This document shows positions 25,214-37,897 of a stretch of DNA of 64,000 bases, piece by piece; position 1 is the stretch's first letter, and each line of letters starts with the position of its first letter. A model generated the notes under the pieces. The model had not been told where the DNA came from, did not search any database, and saw only the letters and a program-made list of their open reading frames with translations. This DNA is from Camelus ferus (Eukaryota), in NCBI RefSeq assembly GCF_009834535.1, contig NC_045696.1, forward strand, positions 110,114,001 through 110,178,000. The letters are read 5' to 3'. The position numbers were made by a program, and so were the translations under genes.

Positions 25214-25685
25214 AACACTATGACCTTAACTAAGAACTAAACTAGAATTTGAACACCTGAATCCTTCATTAACGTAAAACAGAAATTAAAGCCAAATGTG
25301 GCAAATGAAACAATGAGAAAGGTAAAGGAGGGACTAGAACCAGGAAATGCACTGATGTAATGGAAATAAGCCCATATGGAGCACAGGACCAGAGGAGCCT
25401 GAGGGAGGCACACTGTCAATGCTGGCACATTTTTATCTGCTAGAAAGACAATGAGGGGTGCATTTGGGAGCGAGGGTGGAGATAGCACAGTCAACCAGAC
25501 AAATAACTCCTTGCCAGGCAGGTTCTAATAAGAGCTTGAGTGGAAATTTCCTTTTAAGGGCATAAAGGGCTTTTAAGGGCATATCTTCATCTGTGGTTCT
25601 GTGCTTCCAAAGTGAGATTCTGTCTCCATTAGAGTCCTCAAACAGGTCGCCCAAGAAAGGGAGCTAGAGAACAGCAGCCCTCTCT

Positions 25686-26185
25686 CTGCTGCCCAGTATG
25701 GTAGCCACTACCAGCCACGTGGTCCCTGAGTGCTTGAAACATGGCCAGTGTGAGGGAGGAACTGGATTTTATTTTAAATTTTACTTAACTTTGGTCAAAT
25801 TTAAATTTAGAAATATAGACATTGATTCAGTTATTGGAAAACTGATATGCGTGTGTGGAATGAATGACTTGGGTATATGAATCCACTTTTTCAACTGTAA
25901 ACTTTAATCTAACTGCAGATCATCTGTTTTTTATGAAAATTTAGTAAGACATACTCTGAGTGTAAAATGTACACTGGAGTTCAAGATTTAATATGGAAAA
26001 AAAGCAAAATATCTCATCAACAACTAGTTACATTAATTACTGTTAAAAATGATGATTTGGAGATATTTTGGGCAATACATATTTAAATTAATGTTGTTTC
26101 CTTTTACTCTTAAGTGGCTACTAGTAGATTTAAAATTACATACAAAACTCATATTTGAGGTTCAAATTATATATTTTACTAAACA
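25686..26185. mobile_element. hAT-Charlie non-autonomous element (Charlie1b/MER3/MER33-like)
   Basis: CTGCCCAGTATGGTAGCCACTA.CAGCCACGTGG..GAGTGCTTGAAACATGGC...GTGGCTACTAG...TTTAAAATTACATA. Confidence 0.75.
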
Positions 26186-28944
26186 TTTACTAAAAATATT
26201 TTTGCTACTCTAGATTCTAGAGGGTCTAGATAAAAATACCATTTAAAAATTATAATCAGTACATATTTTGGCTTCTTTGTCAAAATTAAATTAGGGAAAG
26301 TTTATACCATTTGAAGAGCCTAAAGATACTCCCCCAGTAAATTAAAATTTGACATTTGGCTTACAAATTTGCCTCAAATTATTTAATTTGTGTCAATCAA
26401 TCAGCATCTGATCAATTCTAAAGTAAAAATGACATTAAAATTGCAGACCAAAGAAACTGATGAAGGAAGTGAGCCCTGAAACAGAACACAGTGACCCACA
26501 ATCTGGGTCCTATGGCAGCCTTTGTTTTTATGTGTCACTAGAATTTAAGTATTTGAGGATAAACATCACACTGTTAGTCTTTTACGTGACTGCTGGAAGA
26601 AGCCACATTAAAAGTAAAAAAAAAAATTATATATAATCCCAGTATATATACATACTTATATTCTTAAGAAGAAAATATTTTAAATATCCTCTGAGCATGA
26701 TTCAACTACATGGCAAAGGATAATAACTGTATACACTTCTGTGTACAAGTAAAACTTTTATCAGTTAAACAAGTTCCCCTTAAGATTATAATCTAAAAAA
26801 CAGGAAATCTTTGATCTAAATCACCATGACAAACTAAGCCTGTCCTTACCATCCAAGGCACCTTGGGATCTTATAACATCCCCCAAAATTGTATTCAGTG
26901 ACAGCATTCATGCTCACAACATTCCAGAGAAGCAAGAATTAGCTATCACCTCCATTTTAAGAGCTGGTAATCGATTAGTCATAGAGAAGTTAAATAGCAC
27001 ATTTAAGGTCCAACGTTTGCTAAAAGCTAGTTATTTCTGCTTGGACCCTGAGCTGTCATTCTGGAAACTGCCACCAGATGCAAAAGGTGCAGTAAGCCCA
27101 TCTCAGAGGGTCTCTTTAAGGTTTGATACCAGTAGCACAATTTGGTCAATTGTGCTTTTTTTCCCTTATAAAAACAGAACTCAATAAATATAGCAGCATA
27201 ATTAACAAATCTTTAATCACTACTTTTGTTTCTTGAATTAAAAATAATCTAGCATAATATTTACATAAATTAAAAAATACCTTCAAATTAAGTATCTCTT
27301 CTCACTAAATTTTACTATTTTAAATCTACATCTAATTCAAACCTGGGTTCATTCCAGAGTCTAACAGGAATTATCCCCGACTTAATTATGGATTGTAATT
27401 TCCCCAGGAAGTTTCAGGTCTTCAGAATAGTGTAAGAGTTCATCATTAATTTTCCTAAATTAATCTATTCTTTCTCCTCCCCCTGTTTTTAGCTTTGGAA
27501 ACTGTCAGTTTCACAGGGCATAGTCTATGGTCTCATCTGCTAGGGCCCCTCTTCCCTTCACAGGATGCACCGTCCTTCATTCTTTCCCACACCCTTACCC
27601 TTAGAGAGCCTTGGGTTTCGCTCCTTCCTCCCCATGGCTTACCTCTGCTCCAGCGCCCATTCTGGGCTCCCACTCCCAAGCAGAAAGAACCATAGATGCA
27701 GCCGTCTCGCTCTCTCCACTCTGTGGTCTTGTTCCAATCAGGGAAACATTCCTATGGCAACCAACATGCACCACCATCTCACTCCCCTTCCCTGAAATTC
27801 CCTATTTGCACGGCAGACGTTTGCCAAGAACACTGAATTACTTTAACTTGCCTAGCAACTAGTAGCCTGTTCCAGCCCCTCTGAAGGGGATTACTATTTT
27901 TTTTTTCTTTATCTTTTAGAACACACTTAGGGGCTGGATGACTGACTGCGGAAAGGGCAGCTGCCAAGGCAGCCTCCATGGGCACTGGCCTGGGACACAC
28001 AAAGCTATGGGCAAACTACAGCCTCATCTTGCCCCAGGGTAAAATAATGTCTGCGAGCTCAAGGCAATGGCCCAAGAGTGGATGGCTCTGAGGGGCTCAC
28101 TCTGGGCTAGCTCCAGGGAAATTTCAATTCTAAGAGAACTTCAGGTCTCACTCATCCTCAGCTATAAAAGTTGAATTATTTGTGTATTTGCCTCCATTTA
28201 GAAAATGAGGTTTATCCATTCATTATTATGTTGTGTACTTAGGAAGCACCTACTGATTTACTGATTTATTTAACAAGCTAGGAACCAGATGTTTTAACTT
28301 ACAGATTATACTTTACTCATTAGATAATTTGGGTATCAGATACCACCTGAGTGACACTCAGATGACTGTGCTGTTATCTGTATTCTCCCCTCAGTGAGTT
28401 CTGAAGAAATACTCAGTGTCTATAATATAATTTGAATGCCTTAAAGTGAAATACTTTCCCTGAGAACCACAGAGGTGATAGAGTTTCAAAAATGAGTAAA
28501 CTGTGTTTCTCCTCCCCTTGTGCTGTTCTGCTGCTACGAGTCCATGCTTGACTGGTGCCTTTTCGGAACAGAGGCCATCAGTGGATGCTAGCTCCTAAGA
28601 ACAACTAACAAGATCATCAAGCCAGGTCCTGGAGGAAAGCAAAAGCTACTGCCTTCCACAAGGAAAGCAAGGCCACTGACACAGAAATGGGGAGTTGCCA
28701 ATTTAGGCCAGGCATAGAACTGAAAGTCAACACTGGCGGACACTGTCCATTCTTTACGAGACAACCTCCTTCTGCTAGCGAGGAGCAAAAGATCCACTTC
28801 TCTATTCCTGTGACCTTTGGATTTCTTCTAAAAAGAGGCTTCTTATTTACTTCCATGACTCAACAAGAACAATTTTTGATCCTGAGATTCTATTTCAATG
28901 AAGACACATAGTAAGTGCTCAGTAAGCACTTCCTGAAATAAAAC

Positions 28945-29620
28945 ATATTATACTGTTCGTTGGTGTAAGTATAAATCGGTGCAGTAATTCTGGAGGACAA
29001 TTTGGCACTACTTAGTGACACTCAAAATGCACACACTTTTATTAGTAATTCTTCTGCTTTGAATGTATCCTACAGGTATATTTACCAAAAAATAATGTAA
29101 AAGGTTATGTCCAAGGATGTTTACTGCAGTATTGTTTGCAAGAGGATAAATCTGGAAACAACCCAAATGTTGATAAATAGAAGGTAAGTTAAATTATGGC
29201 ATGCCAGCACAATGGAATACTACAGAGTCATTACAATGAGGTAGATTATTAGAATATTAAAATGTACTTATATGGGCAGATATCCAAGATATATTGCTAA
29301 GGAAAGCATATTGCACAACAGAATCCATATATGTTTTTTGTGTATATATATACACACACACACATACAAGTATATATACATGTATGTTAAGTATGGATGT
29401 GCATGGGTATATATGTATGTATATATATATATGTATCTTTATGTGTATATGTGTGTTTGAGGATGAATGAAATATTGGATCATTTTTGTAAAGATTTGCA
29501 GAAACTTAACAGTAGTTACCTTTAAATAATAATAATAATATTTAGCAAGCAGAGAATAGGGAGGAAGACATTTTCACTTTATAGCTTTTTAAAAATGTTG
29601 ATTAAATTTTAAAAAATATA
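28945..29620 (+). mobile_element. Old L1 (L1ME-like) 3' end with internal (TA/TG)n
   Basis: TTCTGGAGGACAATTTGGCA...AAGGATGTTTACTGCAGTATTGTTT...TGGAAACAACCCAAATGT...AATGGAATACTA. Confidence 0.8.
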
Positions 29621-29730
29621 TTCTTCTTTGTTTCTTTAAAGCATAAAGTTATCAATTTATTTTTACAAATGAAAGTCATTATCATTTTTCTGAGCCCACT
29701 GGCCCTCCCCCAAAAAACCTGTTGGAACTC

Positions 29731-29890
29731 TTTTTTTTTTTTTAGATTTATTTACTTATTTATTTAATTGAAGTAAAATCAGTTACAATGTGTCAATTTC
29801 TGATGTACAGCACAATGTCCCAGTCATGCATATATATACATATATTCTTTTTCATTAAAGATTATAACAGGATATTGTATATAGTTCCCA
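29731..29890 (-). mobile_element. Short L1 3' end
   Basis: Poly(T)/(TTTA)n then AATTGAAGT...GTTACAATGTGTCAATTTCTGATGTACAGCAC; same family as 6453 and 9686. Confidence 0.8.
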
Positions 29891-30717
29891 ATTTAAAACA
29901 AACTCTTACTCGTAATCTTAAAAATGTTAGTAATCCATAATTGCTTTCATATTATTAGTTTGTTTTTTTTTTTTTAAATAAAGCCAGCAGGTTGTTTTTA
30001 CTATTAAGGTATACCGTGTAACTACTACGGGAATCTCTCAAACCACCCGTATCTGTTGTGGTAAGTGAGAAACTGCAGAAGTGGAAGCAGCAGCTCACAG
30101 AAACTACAAAGCTTGTGCTTTTAATGTGCTGGAAATGGTGACTATATCAAAACATTATTAGCAATTAAGAACCAATTAGAGCTATATAAAGTAGGGTAAA
30201 AATTGTCAAAAACACATTGTAGTACACAAAAAATAAGAAATAAGACAAAATAAATATCTCTTCCTAAAGCTTGGGTCTTTTTTTGGGAGAGGAGGGAGGT
30301 AGAAGAGGCGGAGGAAGCAGAGGATAACTCCTGACGCTAAATAAGAAATCATAAACCTCAGAAGCCCTGAACACATATAAAAATTAAGAACCAATAAACT
30401 GGATCCAAGAATTCTAAATGATGTTTAATCAAATAAAAAGACAGAACACTGCAAATGTGTCTTTTTTTGGAAGAGTACCTAAAACGCAGAGAGGGAACAG
30501 CTGAAGAGAAATTTCCCTTAGCTATTTTCAACTTGGTCACAAGAAAACAGGAACCACGGTATAAAAAGAATTTTTTTTTTGCCACTACCAAAGGTTAGAA
30601 AGAACACTCCGTTAAAAAAAATAGAGCATTAAAGTTCATTTCCACATTATTCCACCCTCCCAAATAGTCCTACTTTTTCTTACAAACTCAAGAGAAGAAA
30701 TTTCCCGTGGTACTCAC

Positions 30718-30750
30718 TACAAAACCCCAGAATGCTCTTGACAGTGCCAT
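30718..30750 (-). CDS. Candidate first coding segment MALSRAFWGFV of an unidentified minus-strand gene
   Basis: Strong Kozak context (aaaATGG), in-frame TAG 12 nt upstream, 11 codons then donor |GTGAGT (phase 0). Non-repeat sequence downstream of a CArG/TATA motif. Peptide not recognised. Confidence 0.4.
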
Positions 30751-30906
30751 TTTAACTGTCTATTGTTCTCCTAACTCCAGGAAATCTCTGAAAGCCAGAC
30801 ATAATGACTGTTGTGACGGTTTTCAGTAACAAGAAGTGAAGTTTCCTGTCAAAAGAAGTGCTGTCTCCATTTTCATCACATGTAAAACAAGATGCTTCAA
30901 CAAGCA

Positions 30907-30957
30907 CCTTTATAGGCAGAGGAGCGTCTTGGAGACCCTGAAAATGTACTATAAAGG
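30907..30957 (-). promoter_or_regulatory. Perfect CArG box containing TATAAA, plus an inverted CArG-like copy
   Basis: CCTTTATAGG at 30907-30916 (minus CCTATAAAGG = CC(A/T)6GG) and ACTATAAAGG at 30948-30957. Confidence 0.45.
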
Positions 30958-31192
30958 ATGAAAGAATGAATCAAAATGACAGATGCATTTGTGGGAGTTT
31001 TCCCCTTCTAGCCATACCAAACCATGTGATTAATTTCCCAATTAGTACTGATTTTTTGGTCATAGAACTGGCTTTTTACTCTAGAGCTGTTAAGGGCTGG
31101 TTCCTGATATTAATCCAACAAAGAAGCAGGAAAAAAAGGTTGGGACTTGGTGCGAAAGCCTCAACTAAACACAGTTTTTATAAAACACATTA

Positions 31193-31950
31193 TTTTTTAA
31201 ATAACTGTTTAAATTGGAGTATAATTAATTTACAATGTTGTGTTAGTTTCAGGTGTACAGTGATTCAGTTATATATATATATATATATATATATATTTCA
31301 GATTCCATTATACGTTATTACAAGACATCTAATATAGTTTCCTGTGCTATACAATAGGACCTTGTTGTTTATCTGTTTTATGTATATTAGTATGTATATG
31401 TTAATCCCAAACTCCTAATCTATCCCTCCTCCTGGCCCCCACCACTTTCCCTTTTGGTAACTGTAAGTTTGTTTTCTATGTCTGTGAATCTATTTCTGTT
31501 TTATAAATACATCTGTTTGTATCTTTCTTTTTAGATTAAACATATAAGTGATATATGATATCTGTCTTTCTCTGTCTGACTTACTTCACTTAGTATGACA
31601 CTCTTAGGTTCACCTATGCTACTGCAAATGGCATTATTTCATTCTTTTTTATGTCTGAGTAATATTTCATTGTATATGTATACCGTATATTCTTTATCCA
31701 TTTATTTGTTGATGGACATTTAGGTTGCTTCAATATCTTGGCTACTGTAAATAGTGCTGCTATGAACACTGGGGTGCATGTATCTTTCTGAATTACAGTT
31801 TTCTCCAGATATATGCCCAGGAGTGAGATGGCAGAATCATATGATAAGTCTACTTCTAGTTTTTTAAGGAACCTCCACACTATTCTCCATAGTGGCTGCA
31901 CCAAACTACATTCCCACCACCAGTATAAGTGGATTCCTTTTTCTCCACAT
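31193..31950 (-). mobile_element. 5'-truncated L1 (ORF2 C-terminus and 3'UTR)
   Basis: Minus ORF 31614-31904 VQPLWRIVWRFLKKLEVDLSYDSAISLLGIY...CTPVFIAALFTVAK...QPKCPS is the L1 ORF2 C-terminus. Internal (TA)n; short TSD ACATTAT. Confidence 0.93.
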
Positions 31951-32329
31951 TACATTATAATGCTGTCCTAATAACTGCTTAAAGTCACCAAAATTCCAAA
32001 TTTCCCATGACAACTGAGAGGCCCAAGTCTTCAGGAAAGATCTGGTCAGATGAGCAGAGAGAAGCCACCATGTTTCTAGTGGAAGGGTCTTGGACCAGGA
32101 TTCTGAAGCCGCAGGTTACATACTATACAGTCTTTGACCTGTAGAGCCATGGAAAGCAGGAACTTATTCTCATTTGCCTCACTTTTCCCATGTCAGTGAA
32201 TGGGGATGGAGGTGTCAGACCAAGTGAGGTAACATGGAAACAATCTTAAAAAGTGGGATGCTAAAATGGTTTTACTATTAAAGAGACCAAGAGTTTGCCT
32301 TTGTAAAATTGTCTTATACAAATATATTG

Positions 32330-32480
32330 CTGTGTGACTCGGTTTCCTTATTTGTAAATGGGAATAATAATGATGCTCATTTCATGGATACTCTGAAGAT
32401 TAAATTAGAAAACATATGAATTGTTCTTAGAAGAGTGCTGGCAGAGACAGAGCAAACACTCAAAATATTAGCTATTACCT
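32330..32480 (+). mobile_element. MIR fragment
   Basis: CTCGGTTTCCTTATTTGTAAATGGGAATAATAAT...GAAGATTAAATTAG...AATATTAGCTATTA. Confidence 0.75.
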
Positions 32481-32805
32481 TTAGCATAAAGCTACTTTAT
32501 TTAGAACTGTGGATCCCTAGTACTGGAGAAAACCTAGATGTTACATAATCATAGTATTAAAGTGAAAAATATGAGACACAGACATAAAGAAGGAATCAGC
32601 TATTACCCACGGCACCTTCCTTGTAATTAATGGCCCAATCAGGCACAAAGCAATAACCACAGAAGAATGGCTGGGTTAGGACTTGGACTAAGCACACAGC
32701 AACTACAGGTATACTGAGAGGCAAAAGACTACAAATCTCTCTACTAAAGGTTAAGTGGCTTGTACATTAAATATGACATGCACAGGGGCAGAGATTTTGT
32801 CTCTT

Positions 32806-33325
32806 TGTAATAGAGAAGAACAATGATTCAATATGACTCCATACTGAATCTAGTCCTCTAGCTCTAACCTTTGTGCTCTGTTGCCTGTGCTGAGTCATGC
32901 TGGCTCTGCACCTTTGTAAAAGAATGTTGTGTACAGCCTGAAATAAACAGGACGACCCATTCTCAAGGCTTTGACCTTTAAAGACACTTTTCCATTCATA
33001 CAGAGATAAAAAGTTGCAGAACAGAGAATAACATTTGTCTTGTTGGAGGTTTGTAGGAACATTGTCGCCAGACCTAAGTGGACAGCTGTAAGAATGAAGG
33101 ATTCTGCACCAAGGGTTTTGCAACAACCAGCCCTACTCCCTCCCCTTTTAGTATAAAAGAAGCCTGAATTCTAACTTGGGTAAGATGGTTCCTTGGGACA
33201 CCAGTCCATCATCTTCTCAGTCTGCTGGTTTCCTGAATAAAGTCACTGTTCCTTGCCCCAACAGCTCTTCTCTTGATTTACTGGCCTGTTGTGTGGTGAA
33301 TAGTACAAGCTTCAACTCAGTAATA
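32806..33325 (+). mobile_element. ERV1-class solo LTR (MER41-like) inserted in an L2 tail
   Basis: TGTAA...TATAAAAG...TCTTCTCAGTCTGCTGGTTTCCTGAATAAAGTCAC...CTCAGTAATA. 4-bp TSD TCTT at 32802-32805 and 33326-33329. Confidence 0.85.
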
Positions 33326-34649
33326 TCTTATTTATTCCTGGCTGGTTCCATAGAAGGTTCCCCCCCCAAAATTGGAAAGATGGGTAAATGGATGTATGTG
33401 ACGAACACAGAGAGTGCTTTCAATTCAATCCCCTTGCAGTTTCTACTGCAATACAAACTGCACAATATTGTGACAGTCTACATGAAAGAAAAAGGAAAAC
33501 CCCAAAGATGTATATATTCTCATACCTTCATTTATTAAGCATCTACTCAATGTTCACTATAGGTCAGGCACAGAGCAGATGTTGTTTTATGAATAAAGGT
33601 TTGCTTATGCAATTTTAGAAATCTAACCAAGTTTTCAGGGGAAGAAGTTGGCCTCTATCTTGGACTGGAATCCAGACACAGTGGAGATAACTAATGACCT
33701 ACATCCCTAGTTTGCTTCTATAGGCAACTCTTCTCTGCACCCAGACTTTAGCAATGCCATTGAAGTGTCAAGATTTTTTTATCTTAAGAAATCAAGGGAA
33801 AATTGAAAGTCTTGTTCAAAGGATATAATTATACCAGACAGCTTCCAAGGGATTTAGGGGCCTGTAATTAATTACAATAATACCTTACAACAAATTCATA
33901 CTGATGGAAGGAAGATATGCATGACAATATTGAATTATGGACGAGTTTTAAAGAAGTGGAGTTTTATTAGAGTAATTCAAATTAAATGCTAATCAAATAT
34001 TACCAAGTAGAAACCCTCGCAGGGCCACTTTAATGACTAGGATCCCTCATAATCAGTACATAGTTAGGATGCAAATAGATGCAAGTGAGGCATCTGAAAA
34101 CAGCCCCTTCTCTTAAGCAGGTTTCCTAGCAAATTTATTTTCATTATTCATTTGCTCGGTGGGTCCTTTCTTTCTTCATTGATAAAACAAAGTAGACTTT
34201 AAACTTCCCATGAAGAAATGTAAAGACCATGAATTAATGGGGTACAAGTGGATGACACTGCTGAAGAAAGACCCAGGGCTCTGTCAGTTGGCTGAAGCCA
34301 ACTATGTCTGAATTTTTAAATAAGTGTTTATACTCCACTGTCATGCATGCTATCACAAGAGGCTCTGTCTTCATACAAAGCAGAAAAGGACTCTGAATGA
34401 AATGAGTGTGCTGAATGGAGCGGGAGAGTGGGTGGAGGGGAGTACTACCCTTTTTCCCTTCTTTGCTATGTTATTTTTTTCTTTCCTCTCCTATCTGGTA
34501 TTCCAGTATACACTCCGATTTGCTCAGAGGAGCCTAAGGAGCCTGATAAACTGGACTCAGGAAAAGCACATGTGCAAATGCCTTTTGCAGCCAGTGTAGA
34601 ATCATCAGACCTTGGTGAATGGAGCTAGCACATGTCCAAAGCACTCCAG

Positions 34650-34850
34650 AAGCTGCAGAGAATGATCTGTGTTACTCATCTGGCATAACCACCTCTGAGA
34701 CAAGAGAGGCAGATGTCTTCATGTTACAAGAAAGAGAGGTAAGTTACTGATGTGATCAAGGCCACACTGTTAGAAAACGATAGAGCCCAGCATGGAGTCC
34801 AGTCCTCCCACTCCTGGTCCACGGTGGTGTCCCCACACCACACTGCCTAG
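34650..34850 (-). mobile_element. MIR fragment
   Basis: CATAACCACCTCTGAGA...GAGAGGTAAGTTACT...CAAGGCCACAC...CCACACCACACTGCCT. Confidence 0.6.
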
Positions 34851-36959
34851 TACTTATCGAGGCTTTTTTTGCACACCCACTATGGTAAACTGACAACCCC
34901 TGGCACTGAGCTTTTATATCTGTGGGAAGCACAATCTTGGGTGGAAAAGAACTGGTGGTTCATGGCCTTCGGCCTCACTGTGATTTCACAAGGGACTTAT
35001 TAGGTTCTGGAACAACTACTTTTCAGATGTCAAGTACAGTTTTATCTGCATTTGCAACTTTCCTAGTGAAAAACACAGTTTGGGGCAATGTCCAAGGAAA
35101 ATTATCTGTGGTTCTGAATTTTTAATTTCTTAGTAAAGCTCAGATGTACACTGGGGGCAGTAGTGGCTACACAGGAAGAGTAAATGAGAGGCAACTGAAA
35201 AGTATTTCGCAAACACAAAACTTAATAAATGCTTAATTAAATTACCTCCAAAACTTTGGATGTTCTCATTCCCTTCCTTTTTGGAAAGAATGACTCCATT
35301 TATGGCTCATGACACTCTACAACCATAAGTAATATATTAACAAGGGGAGATTATTTTTTTCATCAGAAGCATAGCAAAAATCTGATAAAATTATAATATC
35401 AGTTTAGGTTTGGGGAAATCTCAGAACTGGAAAGTCTTAAGACAGTCTCAAGATTATACCATTGGGTGGTTCCCACACCTGGATGGCATCAGAGTCCCAC
35501 AGACGGGTTTATACTCAGCTGGATGTGAGAACCAACCCCCAGAGACCAGGCAGCCTGTTGAGTAGCCAGTAGCCTGTTAAGTCCATGCTGTTATCTCTCC
35601 CAGAAAAAACTTGATGATAAATCCTAAAAAAGGCAGTTTTAAAATAGCTACCCTCTCTTGACTATGTGAGGGGCTTTGAGGGTTGGAGAGTTGAAACATT
35701 ACACATTTGCTGATTACTCTAATGAACAGATGGAACTGTTTAAGAGAGAAAAGTAGCCAGCAACATGGGCTTCAAGGACTGCATTTAAGAACTCCTAAGA
35801 GACTTGTGAAACTCCTCATACCTTTGATTTTTCCAAACCCAGTGCACTGAAGCCAACCTCAGAAATCTTCATTCAGTATTTATTATGTGCAAGGCATTGG
35901 TGCCTGCTGCCTTCTGACTTTGGATTCAGAGTAAAATACAACAGTTTAGCCACATGCAAACAAACCTACAAGTGAACCTGTTGAGAATATCATTAGGAAG
36001 GACCTATGAGGTCAGCAATGATTACCATGGCAACAACAGCCAACAGGCACCCTGTCATTTCCAGCTCCTGGTGCAATGATTTAAGATGAGTCTCCCTTAG
36101 GAGGTTTCTGTTGGCTTTTGTAAGAGGCCTAGAGAGACTCTTGTTTGCTTTTGTCTCTGACAGAAAGGAATGTACTCTTTACTAAAGGTTGCTCACTGTC
36201 CACATACAAAACAAAGATTAAAGGTTCAGAACTCTATTATTTGCTAATTTATTTGTTTTTGAACAGTCATCAGAAACGATTCAGCTGTAGCCTATTAAAA
36301 GCCATTCAGCCACTCACATGGGATGATTCCCTGATACACTAGACCAAGTTTCAACCTCACTTGTTCCATTCAGAGCCAACACTCATCTGATGCTGTGATC
36401 TAACTTTAAACTGTCAGCCTGTGAAATGCTCTGAATACACTTAAACACTCTCTAGCAATCAAGCCCAAATAAGTACTGTTTGAATTAAATACAGATACAG
36501 ATAAAATTTCCTTTGAATGACTAGTATCTCATGGCTGACACTAAAAGTATTTAGCAAAATGTGTTTTGGGCTATGCTGAACACAAGTCAGTTTAAAATTT
36601 GACTGAATGAGATGACGTAGTATTCACCCTAAAGGGAGAGTGTCTGAGAATTAGGAGGCATTTTAGAGGTAACTAGTACATCTTCATAGCTGGAACACAA
36701 AAAAAGTACATTTCACTGACTTATGTAAATATATGTGTCAATATATAAAAAAAAACATATATATACACACATATACATGCATATGAAATATAAGAATGTA
36801 CACTGAAGTTTTAACATTTATCTCTGAGTGGAATTACGGATAACTTTATTTTCTTGTTTTGTTCTGACTTGTATTTTCTAACTTTTTTCTCTTTTCGGGG
36901 GGTTGCATTGTTACCTTGTTTATGGCACATTATTATCATTGTTCCTGCAAGACTCTCTT

Positions 36960-37730
36960 TTGCTCTGTTGTTTCCCCTTTTATCTCCCCACTTCTGTCCC
37001 TCATCCCTCATACAACCACTCTGAGGGGTTTAACGGGTACCTCTTTTGTGGGCATGTATTTTAACTTGGGGAAATGCTTTTGTACTGTATCTTGTTTTTC
37101 TTACGTTTTTTACTTGGTACTATGCCCTTAAGATCCATCCATGTTGATAAATGTTCATCTAATCAACTGCTTCTAACAGCTGCACAGTACTCCTTTATGT
37201 TCATTCTACTAAATTTGAACTGACCACTTTCCTAGTGAAGGACACCCAGTTACCTCCAACTCTCTCTTACCACCACAATAACCTTGTGTGAATATCCTCT
37301 ATGTTCTATTATGGTGTTTTGTAATATATGTATATACACATGTAAATACATATGTATATGTATGCATGTATATGTGTGTGTGTATGTATGTATATATGTA
37401 TGTGTATATATATATAAGCAAATACAGAAAAGAGATATTTTCATACATCTCCAGGAGTGTAATTGCTGGCCCTAATTTGGACAAGTGGTGCCGTAGGCTC
37501 TCCAAAATGGTAGCGTCAGTCTATCTCCTATTAGCAATGCATGGAGGTCTCCACAGCCCCAGAAACACTGGGAATAACTAAGCTCTCTAAAAATGCTATA
37601 CAATACACATCATTATTGATTTAATTTGCATTTCTCTCATCACTAGTGACTTGGAGTATCTTTTCTAATGCATGATGGCCTTTTGAGTTTCCTCCTCTTA
37701 AACTGCCTTTTCAAATCCTTTCCCCAAATT
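36960..37730 (-). mobile_element. Old L1 (L1ME-like) 3' region with internal (TG/TA)n
   Basis: ATCCATCCATGTTG...TTGATTTAATTTGCATTTCTCTCATCACTAGTGAC..GAGTATCTTTTC. Confidence 0.75.
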
Positions 37731-37897
37731 TCCTACAAATAACATGTATCACTTTAAAAATAATCTCCCGCCCCCAGTGAAATCAGTTGGACAAGACAAG
37801 CAAGAGAGGCAATAAGAAAACCCACACATGAGAACAGATGGCAGTTAATCCATCTTCTGGATAACGGCAGAATTTGAGAACTGCACGAGAGTGTTAG

